A stretch of DNA of 64,000 nt from an uncultured Candidatus Poseidoniales archaeon. Its GTDB lineage: Archaea; Thermoplasmatota; Poseidoniia; Poseidoniales; Poseidoniaceae. Made by a program: the position numbers and the translations under genes. The notes under the pieces were generated by a model. It saw nothing but the letters and a program-made list of their open reading frames with translations, was not told the DNA's origin and ran no database searches. The stretch is taken from the NCBI GenBank assembly GCA_963997415.1, contig CAXEMN010000009.1, positions 243 through 64,242 of the forward strand. Direction: 5' to 3'. Below are positions 1-10,369 of the stretch, one piece after another (position 1 is the first letter of the stretch; each line of letters opens with the position of its first letter).

Positions 1-1
1 A

Positions 2-355
2 GATGAAAGCGAGATTTACCAGGCTGAAGAATCCTCAGGACATGTGAGCCATCAGCAAGATGTTGTCAATAAGGCGTCCGACGATGAGGTTGTTGAAGTC
101 AAAGATGCTACCATCGAAGAAGCAGTGACAACCAAAGCAGAACCGGCTTCTGCACCTGCATTGAGTATTCCAAAGCCAGTTCTCAAATCAAGCGAAACGA
201 GGGTAAAAACACGGCATGGATTTGAAATTGAACTGCCACCGAATATGTTTGAAAACATTGTTTCCTCAATTGAAATGACGCCACATGAAGGCTACAAGCC
301 AGTGGTTTCGTTTGGCCCAAGAGGCGAAATCATGCTTAATTTTGAAGCCATTTGA
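2..355 (+). CDS. hypothetical protein, C-terminal fragment (frame open to left window edge)
   Basis: The frame of ORF 44..355 has no stop back to nt 2. Sequence is acidic and Ala/Pro-rich with no recognisable motif. Its stop (353-355) abuts the stop of the convergent protease gene (356-358). Confidence 0.4.
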   Translation, partial: DESEIYQAEESSGHVSHQQDVVNKASDDEVVEVKDATIEEAVTTKAEPASAPALSIPKPVLKSSETRVKTRHGFEIELPPNMFENIVSSIEMTPHEGYKPVVSFGPRGEIMLNFEAI

Positions 356-1720
356 TCAGTCACGTGCTCGAGCACCTTCATCGCCAGTTCCGGTTGGAGC
401 AACAGGCATCGTAGGGTATGCGCTCCAATACGCTTCTCTGGCAGCTTGGTTGAGGTTCATGCAGGCGACAACATCGCCTGGTCGGTCACCAAGAGGTTCC
501 GATTCATTGAGGTGCTTGATGATTGGTTCTATGTTTGAGAGGTTGACAAGGCCCCATCCTGTTTGGGTACAAGGCGCCACTGGAGAAATCGGCATGGTTC
601 CCGAAGTTGGATCCCAGCCAAGGTCAGGATACCATGCTGAAAGATTGAGCGCTTCCCTAATCTTAGCGTTGTCAATCAAAAATGGTGTGCCATCTGATTG
701 AGTGCCGTTCACCAGTTGTTTGGAACGTACATCTGGTGAGGCACCAGATGATGGATCTTGGAACTCATGGCGCAATGAATCGAGCACAAACGAAAGGATT
801 CCTGCCGTTCGTGGCGTTGCAAATGAAGTCCCAGAGGTCTCGTGATAGCCATCAATGTCGTCATGATTTGGCAGGATCTGCGTCCAATCGGCAGAAATAT
901 CTGGATACGAGCCCGACATGATTTCTTTCTGATCGTCACCCTCCTCAGCATACCCTGCAATGCCAATCGACCATGGCGGACCTGCTGTTGAATCTTGAAC
1001 CGCTGGAGAAGGACTGTTGTCGGCAGCACCGGTGTGGATTTTGCCAAATTCAACAACTGCTGACTCTGTTGCTCGTTCAATGCCGGGCGCAGGTACTGAG
1101 CCAGGAGCGCCAAATGAGGTCGTAATGACATCAACAAGAGGCTGATCAGCTGCAGATTGAACCGCTTCTGATGAAAAACCTTCAACGAAGTAAATCACTG
1201 CATTTGGATTGGCGTCTAAAACCGCTCCAGTCACAGCAGAGCCATGACCGTCAGAGGGGTCATCAAGAATCAAGATGTCACTATTACCATCTGGAGAACT
1301 GCCGATGATTTTTGTGCCAGGGAAGTAGACGATATCACTCGCAGTCAACGTGTCCCAACAGGCTTCTCTGTCAGCATCATAACGCTCCTGCCATGACCCC
1401 TCAAATGTCAAATCACACACTTTGGTGACACCCAAACCATCCAACAGCCATTGAGGATAAGTTTCATTGGTTCGAAAGTGATCATGATAGACGTTGATTC
1501 CAGTATCGATTGGGGCGACGACTGAATGGGCTCGCCAGCCGTCGTCTCCGGTGAAGATATCGATGCTTTTGCTCGACTCAGGGGCGTCTCTAAAGAACGA
1601 CATCCCTGCAATGATTGATACCACTAAGAGGGTCACGAGGGACAAAGCAATCAGTTGCCTCCACGTCATTCGACTGGAGATTTCTTCCGCAATGAGAAGC
1701 GCATCACCCACATCCGCCAT
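356..1720 (-). CDS. membrane-anchored subtilisin-like (S8) serine protease
   Basis: Subtilase Asp/His/Ser blocks occur in order: DTGINVYHDHF, DGHGSAVTG, GTSFATPRTAG. N-terminal TM helix LIALSLVTLLVVSIIAGMSFF. The ORF is open to 1855, but that would overlap the orn start. I prefer the ATG at 1720 (MADVGD...). Confidence 0.8.
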   Translation of the reverse strand: MADVGDALLIAEEISSRMTWRQLIALSLVTLLVVSIIAGMSFFRDAPESSKSIDIFTGDDGWRAHSVVAPIDTGINVYHDHFRTNETYPQWLLDGLGVTKVCDLTFEGSWQERYDADREACWDTLTASDIVYFPGTKIIGSSPDGNSDILILDDPSDGHGSAVTGAVLDANPNAVIYFVEGFSSEAVQSAADQPLVDVITTSFGAPGSVPAPGIERATESAVVEFGKIHTGAADNSPSPAVQDSTAGPPWSIGIAGYAEEGDDQKEIMSGSYPDISADWTQILPNHDDIDGYHETSGTSFATPRTAGILSFVLDSLRHEFQDPSSGASPDVRSKQLVNGTQSDGTPFLIDNAKIREALNLSAWYPDLGWDPTSGTMPISPVAPCTQTGWGLVNLSNIEPIIKHLNESEPLGDRPGDVVACMNLNQAAREAYWSAYPTMPVAPTGTGDEGARARD

Positions 1721-1791
1721 GAAGGTGGGTCGCAACCAGTTGCTGATGAACCCTACGCCGTATTGAAGAACTGAGTCATCGTGCCCCTCAT

Positions 1792-2349
1792 ATGGCCGAG
1801 GACAAGGACCGAATGGTATGGATTGACTTGGAGATGACCGGTCTTGATGTGACAAAGGAATCGATTATTGAGATTGCAACGGTCGTGACCGATGGTGAAC
1901 TCAACATCCTTGCTCAAGGCCCAAACCTTGCAGTCCACGTATCGGATGAATTATTGGCTCAAATGGATGAATGGAACACCAGCCATCACATGAGCAGTGG
2001 ACTTGTTCAGCGGGTAAGAGAACAAGGTGTTTCTGTTCAAGAAGCAGAGGCGCAGACTTTGGAATTCTTGAAAAAATGGGTGCCTAAAGGAAAGGCACCA
2101 TTGTGTGGCAACAGCGTTTGGAATGATCAGAAATTCATGGAAAAGGAAATGCCACAACTCGTCGATTACTTACACTATAGAATGATTGATGTCTCGACAA
2201 TTAAAGAATTAGCCCGTCGATGGTACCCCGATCTTGACAGGTATGAAAAGAAAGGAGCACACCTTGCTCTGGATGACATCCTTGAATCAATTGAGGAACT
2301 CAAGTACTTTAGAAAGCACGTGTTTCAAGCCAACCAATCATCGCCATGA
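1792..2349 (+). CDS. orn: oligoribonuclease (DEDDh 3'-5' exonuclease)
   Basis: Collinear with E. coli Orn as I recall it: [68 protein letters not shown]. Size of 185 aa is typical. Confidence 0.93.
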   Translation: MAEDKDRMVWIDLEMTGLDVTKESIIEIATVVTDGELNILAQGPNLAVHVSDELLAQMDEWNTSHHMSSGLVQRVREQGVSVQEAEAQTLEFLKKWVPKGKAPLCGNSVWNDQKFMEKEMPQLVDYLHYRMIDVSTIKELARRWYPDLDRYEKKGAHLALDDILESIEELKYFRKHVFQANQSSP

Positions 2350-3210
2350 GCCATCAGATGGATTCACGCCTTTGTGTGCTGCCATGATTTGAGCCACAAC
2401 GGCAACAGCAATTTCTTCTGGAGACTCTGCTCCAATTTGAATTCCAATTGGGCATACAACTTGGTCCAACAGCTCTTGTGCAATACCTTGATCAAGCGCT
2501 GCCTGCTCGAACGCTTGCCATTTAGAACGGCTACCAATCACGCCAATCCGAGGGCCATGCTCACCATCGAGCATCGAATTGGAGGACTGAAGTGTGTCAA
2601 GAATACCGAGCAAACGGAGTTGATCTTCAGCCCAGTCATGACCTAAAAAGAGCACATCAGAATACGTTGATAGCGCCGAATGATCATGCGTCTTGACAAA
2701 GGATTGAGCATCCATGTGCAGATGATGCTTCGCTTCAGGGAAGGCGTTGTGGTCGCTGAATGCTGCTCGTGTGTCATGGATTGAATGGTCCCATCCCAAC
2801 GCACTCAGCGCAGGAGCAATGGCTTTGGCGCAGTGGCCCCCTCCAATCAACAACACATGTGGCATTGGAATCAAAACCTCCAAACTTAGGGTCACGCGTC
2901 CCCCGCAGAGAGAATCCAGCGGTGTTACTTCATAGCCCTTCGCCCCTTTGTTGAGCCCATAGGTGAGTACTTTTCCAGCCGCAAGACGGTGTGTTTCTAA
3001 CATGGATGAACTCTCTTTGAGCACCATCATCTCGAGGCCTGCACCACCAACTGTGCCAACCCAATGTTGATCGTTCGAACGCATCGCCAAACGAGCTCCT
3101 GCCTTACCAGGAACGCTGCCCGACGTCTCAACCACACTGGCGAGAACGACGCGGTGGCCGTGCTCGAGTTGAGTCAACGCCCAAGCAAGCACTGCGGCTG
3201 TCATGGCCAT
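2338..3210 (-). CDS. XdhC/CoxI-family molybdoenzyme maturation protein
   Basis: N-terminal XdhC_CoxI-like block ([23 protein letters not shown]) plus a C-terminal Rossmann-like block ([21 protein letters not shown] ... VIGSRSK). Confidence 0.75.
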   Translation of the reverse strand: MAMTAAVLAWALTQLEHGHRVVLASVVETSGSVPGKAGARLAMRSNDQHWVGTVGGAGLEMMVLKESSSMLETHRLAAGKVLTYGLNKGAKGYEVTPLDSLCGGRVTLSLEVLIPMPHVLLIGGGHCAKAIAPALSALGWDHSIHDTRAAFSDHNAFPEAKHHLHMDAQSFVKTHDHSALSTYSDVLFLGHDWAEDQLRLLGILDTLQSSNSMLDGEHGPRIGVIGSRSKWQAFEQAALDQGIAQELLDQVVCPIGIQIGAESPEEIAVAVVAQIMAAHKGVNPSDGSWR

Positions 3211-3254
3211 CCCTCGTGGCGCTCACACATACCATTTGCGCCACACAAGTATGG

Positions 3255-3842
3255 TCAGCAAGCCAGGGCATCTTTTGCTTCTTCTAAGAGGCGTAAATCC
3301 TCTGGAGTGTCGATGTTGAGGGCGAGATAGGGCGCATCGACATCACATGGTTGAGCATGAATGAGATCACGCAATGGAGTTTCTGGATCAGATGCCAAAA
3401 TCTGTTCGATGTCGTTCGAATGAATCAGAAGTGGGTGACCTCGTCTCCCGTTGCTGGATAAATTCGAACTTTGCTCTTGTTCCATAAGGCGCACAACATG
3501 GTCTTTCGACCAACCGGGCCGGTCGACTGGAGCGATGATGACCTTTCTTGGGACGCGCCCCTTGTCGCCCATGAGCGCAAGTAAACCTCGTTGAACTGTA
3601 CCTGTCCTGCCTGCTTCAGGGTCTGCATTGACAACAACTGTTGCATCCATGGATTGAGTCATGACATCAAACTGAAGCTCTTGACGGGTCACAACGACCA
3701 CAGGTGTGCATCCTGCGTCAAGTAAACGCTTTACTGCAAGACCAACCAAGGTTGTCGAGCCAACGCCAACAAGGGCCTTTGGCTGACCTAAGCGTCGGCT
3801 TGCGCCCGCAGCCAAAACAAGGGCGGGGCATCCACTGGCCAT
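3255..3842 (-). CDS. MobA/MocA-like nucleotidyltransferase (molybdenum cofactor cytidylyl/guanylyl-transferase family)
   Basis: N-terminal signature ALVLAAGASRRLGQPKALV. Size of 195 aa. Adjacent to XdhC. Confidence 0.7.
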   Translation of the reverse strand: MASGCPALVLAAGASRRLGQPKALVGVGSTTLVGLAVKRLLDAGCTPVVVVTRQELQFDVMTQSMDATVVVNADPEAGRTGTVQRGLLALMGDKGRVPRKVIIAPVDRPGWSKDHVVRLMEQEQSSNLSSNGRRGHPLLIHSNDIEQILASDPETPLRDLIHAQPCDVDAPYLALNIDTPEDLRLLEEAKDALAC

Positions 3843-3913
3843 GGATTTGGGTTGTGCCCGCCAGTCATGTAGTTTGCTTTGTTGTTCAAATACACTCGAG
3901 CGGCTTCAAGCAC

Positions 3914-4666
3914 ATGTCGAAAAACAAGTCCAAGTTATCAGAACCAGAGCAACGTTCACTTGAGCTTCTTGGGAGCATTGTTGAGGCGAATGAATGGGCA
4001 GAATACATCGTTCAGAAGCATCGCCTCATCACGATCCGGGTCAAGGGCCGTTCGAACCGTTGGTACCTGATCGAAGCGCGGTTGAACAATGGGAGCGATC
4101 CCCGCCTTCGTTTTGACTTCCGAGGATGGCGCACCATTGTGATGGGTGGTGCTCGAAAACGTGACATTACCCACAAAAACCGATATTGCGTAAATTTGTG
4201 CCTCAGCACACATTCCACTGGGAAGTTGCCATTTGGGGATAAAATTGCAGCGCTATGCCTCTCCTTACACAACGATCTCACGACGGCAATGACCATTCCT
4301 TTGCTGGCTCAATTTATTGTATGTCCAAGAGATGAATTGGAGAAAATCATGGTTTTTCAAGACGAGATGGTCATTTACAGAGAAATGTTTGGCGGTCCCA
4401 TGGATGGTTTTGGAAACCCACCTTACCAGGAAACGATTGAAGATGAGCATGAGGAACCTTACCCCTATTGGGATGACGCTGACTTTCACAATCACGAAGC
4501 GAACACGCCCCCGCCAGAGGAGCATGACCCCTCACTGCAGGATGAACCATCGCCGTTGACGGAAGAAGAAATTGCAGAGATGCGATTGTGGGATGCCTAC
4601 GAACAACATATGGAAGACCTTGCTCGGCAAGAAGAATGGAGTCGGCGGCGCGAAGAAGATCAATAG
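3914..4666 (+). CDS. hypothetical protein with acidic Pro/Glu-rich C-terminal region
   Basis: ATG at 3914 (MSKNKSKL...). The longer ORF from 3704 would run antisense through the MocA-like gene. No recognisable domain. Confidence 0.5.
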   Translation: MSKNKSKLSEPEQRSLELLGSIVEANEWAEYIVQKHRLITIRVKGRSNRWYLIEARLNNGSDPRLRFDFRGWRTIVMGGARKRDITHKNRYCVNLCLSTHSTGKLPFGDKIAALCLSLHNDLTTAMTIPLLAQFIVCPRDELEKIMVFQDEMVIYREMFGGPMDGFGNPPYQETIEDEHEEPYPYWDDADFHNHEANTPPPEEHDPSLQDEPSPLTEEEIAEMRLWDAYEQHMEDLARQEEWSRRREEDQ

Positions 4667-4667
4667 T

Positions 4668-5816
4668 TCACAAATCCTTGGTGATTTCTCGACCAATAAT
4701 CATCCGTTGAACTTGAGAAGAACCTTCGTAAATCTGCATGACCTTGGCTGCACGCATCAATTGCGCTACTGGGTATTCCTCAGAATAGCCATACCCACCA
4801 AAGACTTGAACCGCATCAGTGGAGACTTCCATGGCGGTATCTGAAGCAAATCGCTTTGCGTGTGCTGCTGACTCGGTATTGCGAAGACCTGCGTCAGATT
4901 CAGCTGCCGATTTCCACGTGAGCATTCTTGATGCCTCAATTTTGGTCTTCATATCTGCAAGCATGAATTGAATGGCCTGATGCTGATGGAGGTGCTTACC
5001 GAAGGTTTTGCGCTCACCTGAATAGCGAAGGGCGTGCTCGTAAGAAGCACGTGCAAGCCCTGTAGCGTGCGCAGCAATGTTTGGCCTCGACATGTCGAAG
5101 GCTTTCATGGCGTTCATCCACCCACCAGATTCCGAACCACCGATGAGATAATCGGCAGGCACCCTCACATCGTCGAAGGTGATGGAACGCGTATCGGAGC
5201 AGCGTTGCCCCATATTGGTTTCTTTCTTGCCAAGACTGAACCCTGGTGTATCTTTTTCCACAATGAACCCTGACATGCCCTTGTAGCCAGCCTCAACGTC
5301 TGTCTTTGCTAGAACAAAGAAGAAATCTGCATGCCCTGCACCAGTGATCCACATTTTCGAACCATTGATGACGTATTCATCACCATCGCGAACAGCTGTG
5401 GTTTTGCATGCTGCAACGTCAGATCCAGCCCCTGGTTCGGTCACAGCGTATGAGGCAAGAGCGCCTTCCTCTGCGACTTTTCGGAGCCATACATCCTTTT
5501 GAGCATCGGTCGCACCAGTGATGATCGGTGCACAAGCAAGAGCGGTCGCATAGGCTGCGGTTGCAAAACCAGGATCGCCCCAGGCGAGTTCCTCATTGAC
5601 AAGCACTTCTTCCATTGAGCCAAGGCCTGGCCCGCCGTATGCCTCAGGAATGTGGAGATTGAGCAAACCCATCTCATGAGCCGCTTGAATGGTTTCCTTG
5701 GGATAGGTCGAGGTGGCGTCCCAGTGTTCCGCATGTGGACGAATTTCATCCACTGCAAATTCGTGAGCAAGTTCCTTGAGCATTTCCTGCATTTCATCAA
5801 GTTGGAAGTTGACCAT
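4668..5816 (-). CDS. acyl-CoA dehydrogenase
   Basis: ACAD family blocks: TEPGAGSDVAA, YVINGSKMWITGAG, QVFGGYGYSEEYPVAQLMRAAKVMQIYEGSSQVQR. ATG at 5816 (MVNFQLDEMQEM...) matches the usual ACAD N-terminus. The ORF track start at 5858 is a TTG. Confidence 0.9.
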   Translation of the reverse strand: MVNFQLDEMQEMLKELAHEFAVDEIRPHAEHWDATSTYPKETIQAAHEMGLLNLHIPEAYGGPGLGSMEEVLVNEELAWGDPGFATAAYATALACAPIITGATDAQKDVWLRKVAEEGALASYAVTEPGAGSDVAACKTTAVRDGDEYVINGSKMWITGAGHADFFFVLAKTDVEAGYKGMSGFIVEKDTPGFSLGKKETNMGQRCSDTRSITFDDVRVPADYLIGGSESGGWMNAMKAFDMSRPNIAAHATGLARASYEHALRYSGERKTFGKHLHQHQAIQFMLADMKTKIEASRMLTWKSAAESDAGLRNTESAAHAKRFASDTAMEVSTDAVQVFGGYGYSEEYPVAQLMRAAKVMQIYEGSSQVQRMIIGREITKDL

Positions 5817-5854
5817 GCTGATGGGAGGAGGCCACCCTTTATGTCTCCATTGTT

Positions 5855-6985
5855 TCAACCAAATACAATGATGCCTCGACGGTAGAGTTCAAGCGAGATC
5901 AAGAAGGCAACGTAGATGCTGATCATAATCCAGCCTTCCCATTTCCTGAATTCATAGGCAGTTCTCATCATCAGCAACGCCGACAGACAGCCAATCACTG
6001 TGAATGGCATGATGATGTAGATGATCAGATCATAACCACCAGCAGTGATGACCAATGGATGAATAAGACCTGCGATGCCGATTGAAAGCAAAGGATCGGT
6101 GATGTTTGAGCCAATGAGTGTTCCAATAGCCACGCCTTGACTGCGTCGTGCGGCCATGAGCGCGATGGTCAATTCAGGTAAGGACGTACCAATCCCTGAG
6201 ACCGTGGTCCCAACAACTGCTTCTGGCACACCTAGATCGCTGGCAATCAATTGGGCATAATTGACAAGTTGTTCTGCCGCAAATACAGCGAAAGATAAGC
6301 CAACAATGACCATCACGATGTAGGCCGTTGTGCTCCATGAAGAGCCATGGGTTTCAGTTGATTCTACGTATTTCAGTTCTTCAGCTTGGATTTCTTTTCG
6401 ATTGGTGAGCAGCCAAGTGATGTAGACGACATAGAGTGTGACTAAGATTCCTGCTTCCCATTGCTGGAGGGTCCCTTCAGTGATGAGGAAGAAACTCAGG
6501 ATGAGCACTGAGAGGAGCATGATTTGACCGTCCCTTTTCAGCCAAGATTCCCTAATTTTGAGACCTCTGTTCACCACCACGATACCCATGATGAGGGTGA
6601 TTTGAACAAACACTGAACCAAGAATACCGCCAATGGCAAAATCAGCTAAGGCGGGATCAGAACCAATGGTGTTTGCCGCCGAACTCGTGACCAAGATTTC
6701 AGGCAACGAGGTCCCAATTGAAACGATCGTCAAGCCAATCACAACCTCGGGTAAACCACCGCGCCGAGCCAACCCCTTGGCGCCTTCAATGAAGAAATCA
6801 GCAGAAAAAATGAGGAGGAAAAGTGCCAATATTGCAATGCTCAGTGTCACGGCGATATTGTTGGCACTCAACTCAGCAGAAATCACCTTCAAGCCGATTA
6901 AGCCAAGGAAAAGGGCGCCAGTGGTGATCAGGGTCTGAAAATGAACCAATTGAGGAATCCCCATCACCTTCTGGTCGGACTCCAT
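5855..6985 (-). CDS. Ca2+/cation antiporter (CaCA, YrbG-like Na+/Ca2+ exchanger)
   Basis: Two alpha-repeat signatures, GTSLPEILVT and GTSLPELTIAL, in a protein of about 10 TM helices. Confidence 0.85.
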   Translation of the reverse strand: MESDQKVMGIPQLVHFQTLITTGALFLGLIGLKVISAELSANNIAVTLSIAILALFLLIFSADFFIEGAKGLARRGGLPEVVIGLTIVSIGTSLPEILVTSSAANTIGSDPALADFAIGGILGSVFVQITLIMGIVVVNRGLKIRESWLKRDGQIMLLSVLILSFFLITEGTLQQWEAGILVTLYVVYITWLLTNRKEIQAEELKYVESTETHGSSWSTTAYIVMVIVGLSFAVFAAEQLVNYAQLIASDLGVPEAVVGTTVSGIGTSLPELTIALMAARRSQGVAIGTLIGSNITDPLLSIGIAGLIHPLVITAGGYDLIIYIIMPFTVIGCLSALLMMRTAYEFRKWEGWIMISIYVAFLISLELYRRGIIVFG

Positions 6986-7085
6986 GCTTTGCGCTGAACG
7001 CCCTCCTTCTTCACCCTTCTCTTACGATTTAACTCAATATTCTCAATTCAAAAGGCACTTAATCCTCAGTCGGTCGCACCTTCAT

Positions 7086-7709
7086 ATGCTGAAGCGTGCC
7101 TTTGCCGAATTTATTGGCACTTGGTTCATGGTTGGTGTTGGTTGCGGAAGCATAGCCATGGGCGCTCCCGGTTGGCTGATTTCCATCTCTTTTGGCCTCG
7201 CTGTAACCCTCGCCATCTTGGCACTGCAGCCAATCAGTGGCGCCCATATCAATCCAGCAGTGAGTATTGCGTTCATGCGTTCAGGTCATCTTGAGAAAGA
7301 AGCCTTAGCACCCTACATTGCAGCTCAACTTGCAGGTGCATTAACTGCAGCATGGATGCTTGGCGGGGTGGGGGAAACACAACTTGCAAACAACGTGAGC
7401 ATGCTTCAGGGGACAGCTGTTGAAATTTTCATCACCTTTTCCCTCATGGCTTCGATCTATTGGATTGTCGTCAAGTCAGAAACCCATGTCTCCATCGCCT
7501 TTTTTGTCGGGGGCGCTGTGGGAATTCTTGCCTACTTCTTCGGTCCAATGACGGGTGCATCGATGAATCCTGCTCGTACCTTCGGACCAAATATTGTCGG
7601 CGGTTTTGCCACCAGCATACCGTTCTATAGTTTAACTACCGTCGCTGGTGCACTCCTTGCAGCAGAAGTGTACATCCGTATCTATGGGAAAAAGCAGCCT
7701 CAAGATTGA
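7086..7709 (+). CDS. MIP-family channel (aquaporin/aquaglyceroporin)
   Basis: Two NPA boxes (HINPAVSIAF, SMNPARTFGP) and six hydrophobic segments. ATG at 7086 (MLKRAFAEFIGT...) gives the usual N-terminus. Confidence 0.9.
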   Translation: MLKRAFAEFIGTWFMVGVGCGSIAMGAPGWLISISFGLAVTLAILALQPISGAHINPAVSIAFMRSGHLEKEALAPYIAAQLAGALTAAWMLGGVGETQLANNVSMLQGTAVEIFITFSLMASIYWIVVKSETHVSIAFFVGGAVGILAYFFGPMTGASMNPARTFGPNIVGGFATSIPFYSLTTVAGALLAAEVYIRIYGKKQPQD

Positions 7710-10303
7710 GCACTAAAGCGTACCACTTCGATCACGTGGTCAAGCGAAGGGACGGTGAAATCTTCCAATGGTGGGGAGAACGGAACTGGCGTATCGATCG
7801 CACCAATCACAACTGGTGCTGCTTCAAGCGAATAGAAACTTGATTCGAGAATTCTGCTCTGAAGGGTGTGACCAAGACCACCATTCCACTGACCTTCTTG
7901 AAGGATCACGAGTCGCCCCGTTCGAGTGACTGAATCGATGCAGGTTTGAGCATCGAATGGTAGCAGCGTACGTAAATCAATGATTTCAACTTCAATGCCC
8001 TCGTCTGAAAGAACATCTGCGGCTTGCTTTGCTATGTGAATCATTGAACCCCATGTCACCAAGGTCAGGTCACGACCGCCACGAATGACGGCTGCTTTGC
8101 CAATTTTGTGCCGTTGTCCATCTTCAATCGCTTTCTTGACAGGAGCAGTGTCCACCTTTTGGTTGATGTTTTGGCCCCAACCAGTTAACCCGCCACCGAG
8201 GCCATACAAACCGATGTGCTCGAGCATGATCACTGGATCATTCAGTTCCGCCGCCTCCATCAAGAGATCATAGGCGTCTTGAGGGCAACCAGGAGCGATG
8301 ACAACCATTCCTGGGTCATTGGCAAACCAGGATTCGATCATGTTGGCATGGAAAGGACCAGAGCGAGTCTTTGCACCAAGTGGCACTCGAATCGTCATTG
8401 GGCAATCGGCACCCCAGCGCCAGCGCAGCATTGCTGCGTTGTTGATGAGAGCGTTGTATCCAAGAGCCGCAAACCCTCCAAACTGGATTTCAACCATAGG
8501 CCGCATACCCGAAAGGGCCGCCCCGGTACCGGTGTGAACAATGACAGCTTCACACAGTGGCATATCGACCAACTTATCTGCATGGCCTGCATTTTTGAGG
8601 GCCATATTCATTCCGAAAGCACCAGCGACTTCCATATCTTCACCGATGAAAACGCATTGATCTCCGTGTCGTGTAGCAATGTCTGCCATCGCTTGTTGAA
8701 TCGCCCTTGCATAGGTCCAACCTCCGGCCTCAACATACTCCAGGCTGGTCTCACCTAGACCCATTGGAGCGGGTGAATCTGAGCCTTCGAATGGGTTTTG
8801 AAGCCGTTCAAAGCGTTGTTGATGTGTTTCAGCATCATTGAGGGTCGTCACGCCTTTTGTCACCGTTTCTGGTTCCGGCCAAGGCATTTCTGTCACATCT
8901 TTGAGGGCTTGATCGACAAGAGCTTGTTCCTCATCTTCCATGTTCGTCAATGCAACTTCGTCAACACCGAGGTCGAGCAGAAGTTGCCTGTGCGTCGGGA
9001 TTGGGTCCTTGGCTTCCCAATACGAAAGGAGTTCTCGATCGACGTACCCCGGTGGAGTCCCTGAAGCATTGCCAAGGTAAAGATCGTCATGGTGGTGGGC
9101 ATGTCCACAACCCCGCATGGTCTCGACATGAATCAACGTTGGACCACCTCCTTCCATAGCAAATTCTCGAGCCACAGCGGCACTGGCATGCCACGCCGCA
9201 GGGTCTGAGCCGTCGATGGTCCACGCTGGGAAGCCCATTGCAACGGCTTTGTCCGCCCAAACCTCAACGCCGGATTGTTTTGCAGGAGGTGTATCAAGAG
9301 CAATTTGGTTGTTCTGAAGAATATAACAAATCGGCAAACCACGGGCTCCTGCAAGGTTCATTGCTTCCCAAAATTCTCCAGAAGAAGATGCGCCTTCACC
9401 GATGCAAGCCACATGGAAGCGCTCGAGGTTCTGTCGCCACGCAGCAAAAGCAAGACCGGTCATGGTCACGCTAGCGATTGGGAGGGGGGCTGTGGGTGGA
9501 AGTACGCCAACATGCCAGGCGCCAACGTGTAAATCTCGGCCTCCAGCATTGTCCCAGCCTCCGTTTTGATTCGAGCCTGCCTTTCCTAAATTTGCAGCCA
9601 TAACATCGAGGGGCGTGTCCCCCATGGCGAGACCAAGCCCAATATCCCTGATCATTGGTGCAATTAAATCACCATCATACCCTTTTCCGGGGAGGGCGTC
9701 CCGAGGGGCATCAGGTTGGCGCTGAAGAGCGGTTGCGACAGCGACAACGCCTTCTTGCCAAGTCGAACGGAAACCTTTGCCGCCGAACATGCCTCCGTCT
9801 GGAGTGGCCATTCCATCGGTGTAGATGGTTTTGAGGTGAGCATCGAGTTTCCGAGTTCGTGTCATCATGCGTTGCCATTCAAGGCGTTGGCCAATGCCAA
9901 CCGCCATGTAATGTGCTAGACGGCGGAAGGTGAGGCGTAAATCAACAAGGAAGTGTTGAGCGCGCCGGTCAAGAAACGCATCCATAGTGCGGCGGGGAAT
10001 CACCTCAACCCCTTCATCCTGGCCCATTTTCGCCTTGATTTGAGCTTGCAGACCTCGATGGACTGCTTCGATAAAGCGGGTTGTAAAGGTGTGCCATGAT
10101 TCCCCTTCAAACTGGGCCGGTTCATTTTCAGCCAACACATCCCATACGTTGGCGACGAGGAATAAGTGCCCGTCATGACGCTGAGCCACAAAACGGAGGA
10201 CTTCGGTTCTGGCTGCGTCAGCAAGCAGCGGTTGGGTGAAGGTGAGCGGCGCCTTTGCCCTCCACTCTGAACCATGAATCGCAGGTAAGTCGCCTTGGCT
10301 CAT
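7700..10303 (-). CDS. fused 2-oxoacid dehydrogenase E1 component (alpha + beta in one polypeptide, TPP-dependent)
   Basis: E1-alpha TPP block IGEGASSSGEFWEAMNLAGARGLPICYILQNNQIA is followed in the same frame by E1-beta/transketolase-like blocks (FIGEDMEVAGAFGMN; DLTLVTWGSMIHIAKQAADVLSDEGIEVEIIDLRTLLPFD). ATG at 10303; the ORF is open to a GTG at 10321. Confidence 0.8.
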   Translation of the reverse strand: MSQGDLPAIHGSEWRAKAPLTFTQPLLADAARTEVLRFVAQRHDGHLFLVANVWDVLAENEPAQFEGESWHTFTTRFIEAVHRGLQAQIKAKMGQDEGVEVIPRRTMDAFLDRRAQHFLVDLRLTFRRLAHYMAVGIGQRLEWQRMMTRTRKLDAHLKTIYTDGMATPDGGMFGGKGFRSTWQEGVVAVATALQRQPDAPRDALPGKGYDGDLIAPMIRDIGLGLAMGDTPLDVMAANLGKAGSNQNGGWDNAGGRDLHVGAWHVGVLPPTAPLPIASVTMTGLAFAAWRQNLERFHVACIGEGASSSGEFWEAMNLAGARGLPICYILQNNQIALDTPPAKQSGVEVWADKAVAMGFPAWTIDGSDPAAWHASAAVAREFAMEGGGPTLIHVETMRGCGHAHHHDDLYLGNASGTPPGYVDRELLSYWEAKDPIPTHRQLLLDLGVDEVALTNMEDEEQALVDQALKDVTEMPWPEPETVTKGVTTLNDAETHQQRFERLQNPFEGSDSPAPMGLGETSLEYVEAGGWTYARAIQQAMADIATRHGDQCVFIGEDMEVAGAFGMNMALKNAGHADKLVDMPLCEAVIVHTGTGAALSGMRPMVEIQFGGFAALGYNALINNAAMLRWRWGADCPMTIRVPLGAKTRSGPFHANMIESWFANDPGMVVIAPGCPQDAYDLLMEAAELNDPVIMLEHIGLYGLGGGLTGWGQNINQKVDTAPVKKAIEDGQRHKIGKAAVIRGGRDLTLVTWGSMIHIAKQAADVLSDEGIEVEIIDLRTLLPFDAQTCIDSVTRTGRLVILQEGQWNGGLGHTLQSRILESSFYSLEAAPVVIGAIDTPVPFSPPLEDFTVPSLDHVIEVVRFSAQS

Positions 10304-10369
10304 GGTTTGGCCAATCGACACACGAATACAAAACCAGCGGCCAAAAAAAATGATTCCCTCTTGAGTGTC

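Noticed and set aside
3704-3913. 70-codon N-terminal extension of ORF 3704..4666.
   Set aside because: It lies antisense to the MocA-like gene's N-terminal coding region. An internal ATG at 3914 sits just past that gene's start and gives a sensible protein start.
6984-7085. 34-codon N-terminal extension of the aquaporin ORF.
   Set aside because: Its start codon overlaps the start codon of the divergent CaCA gene. The ATG at 7086 gives the canonical MIP N-terminus.
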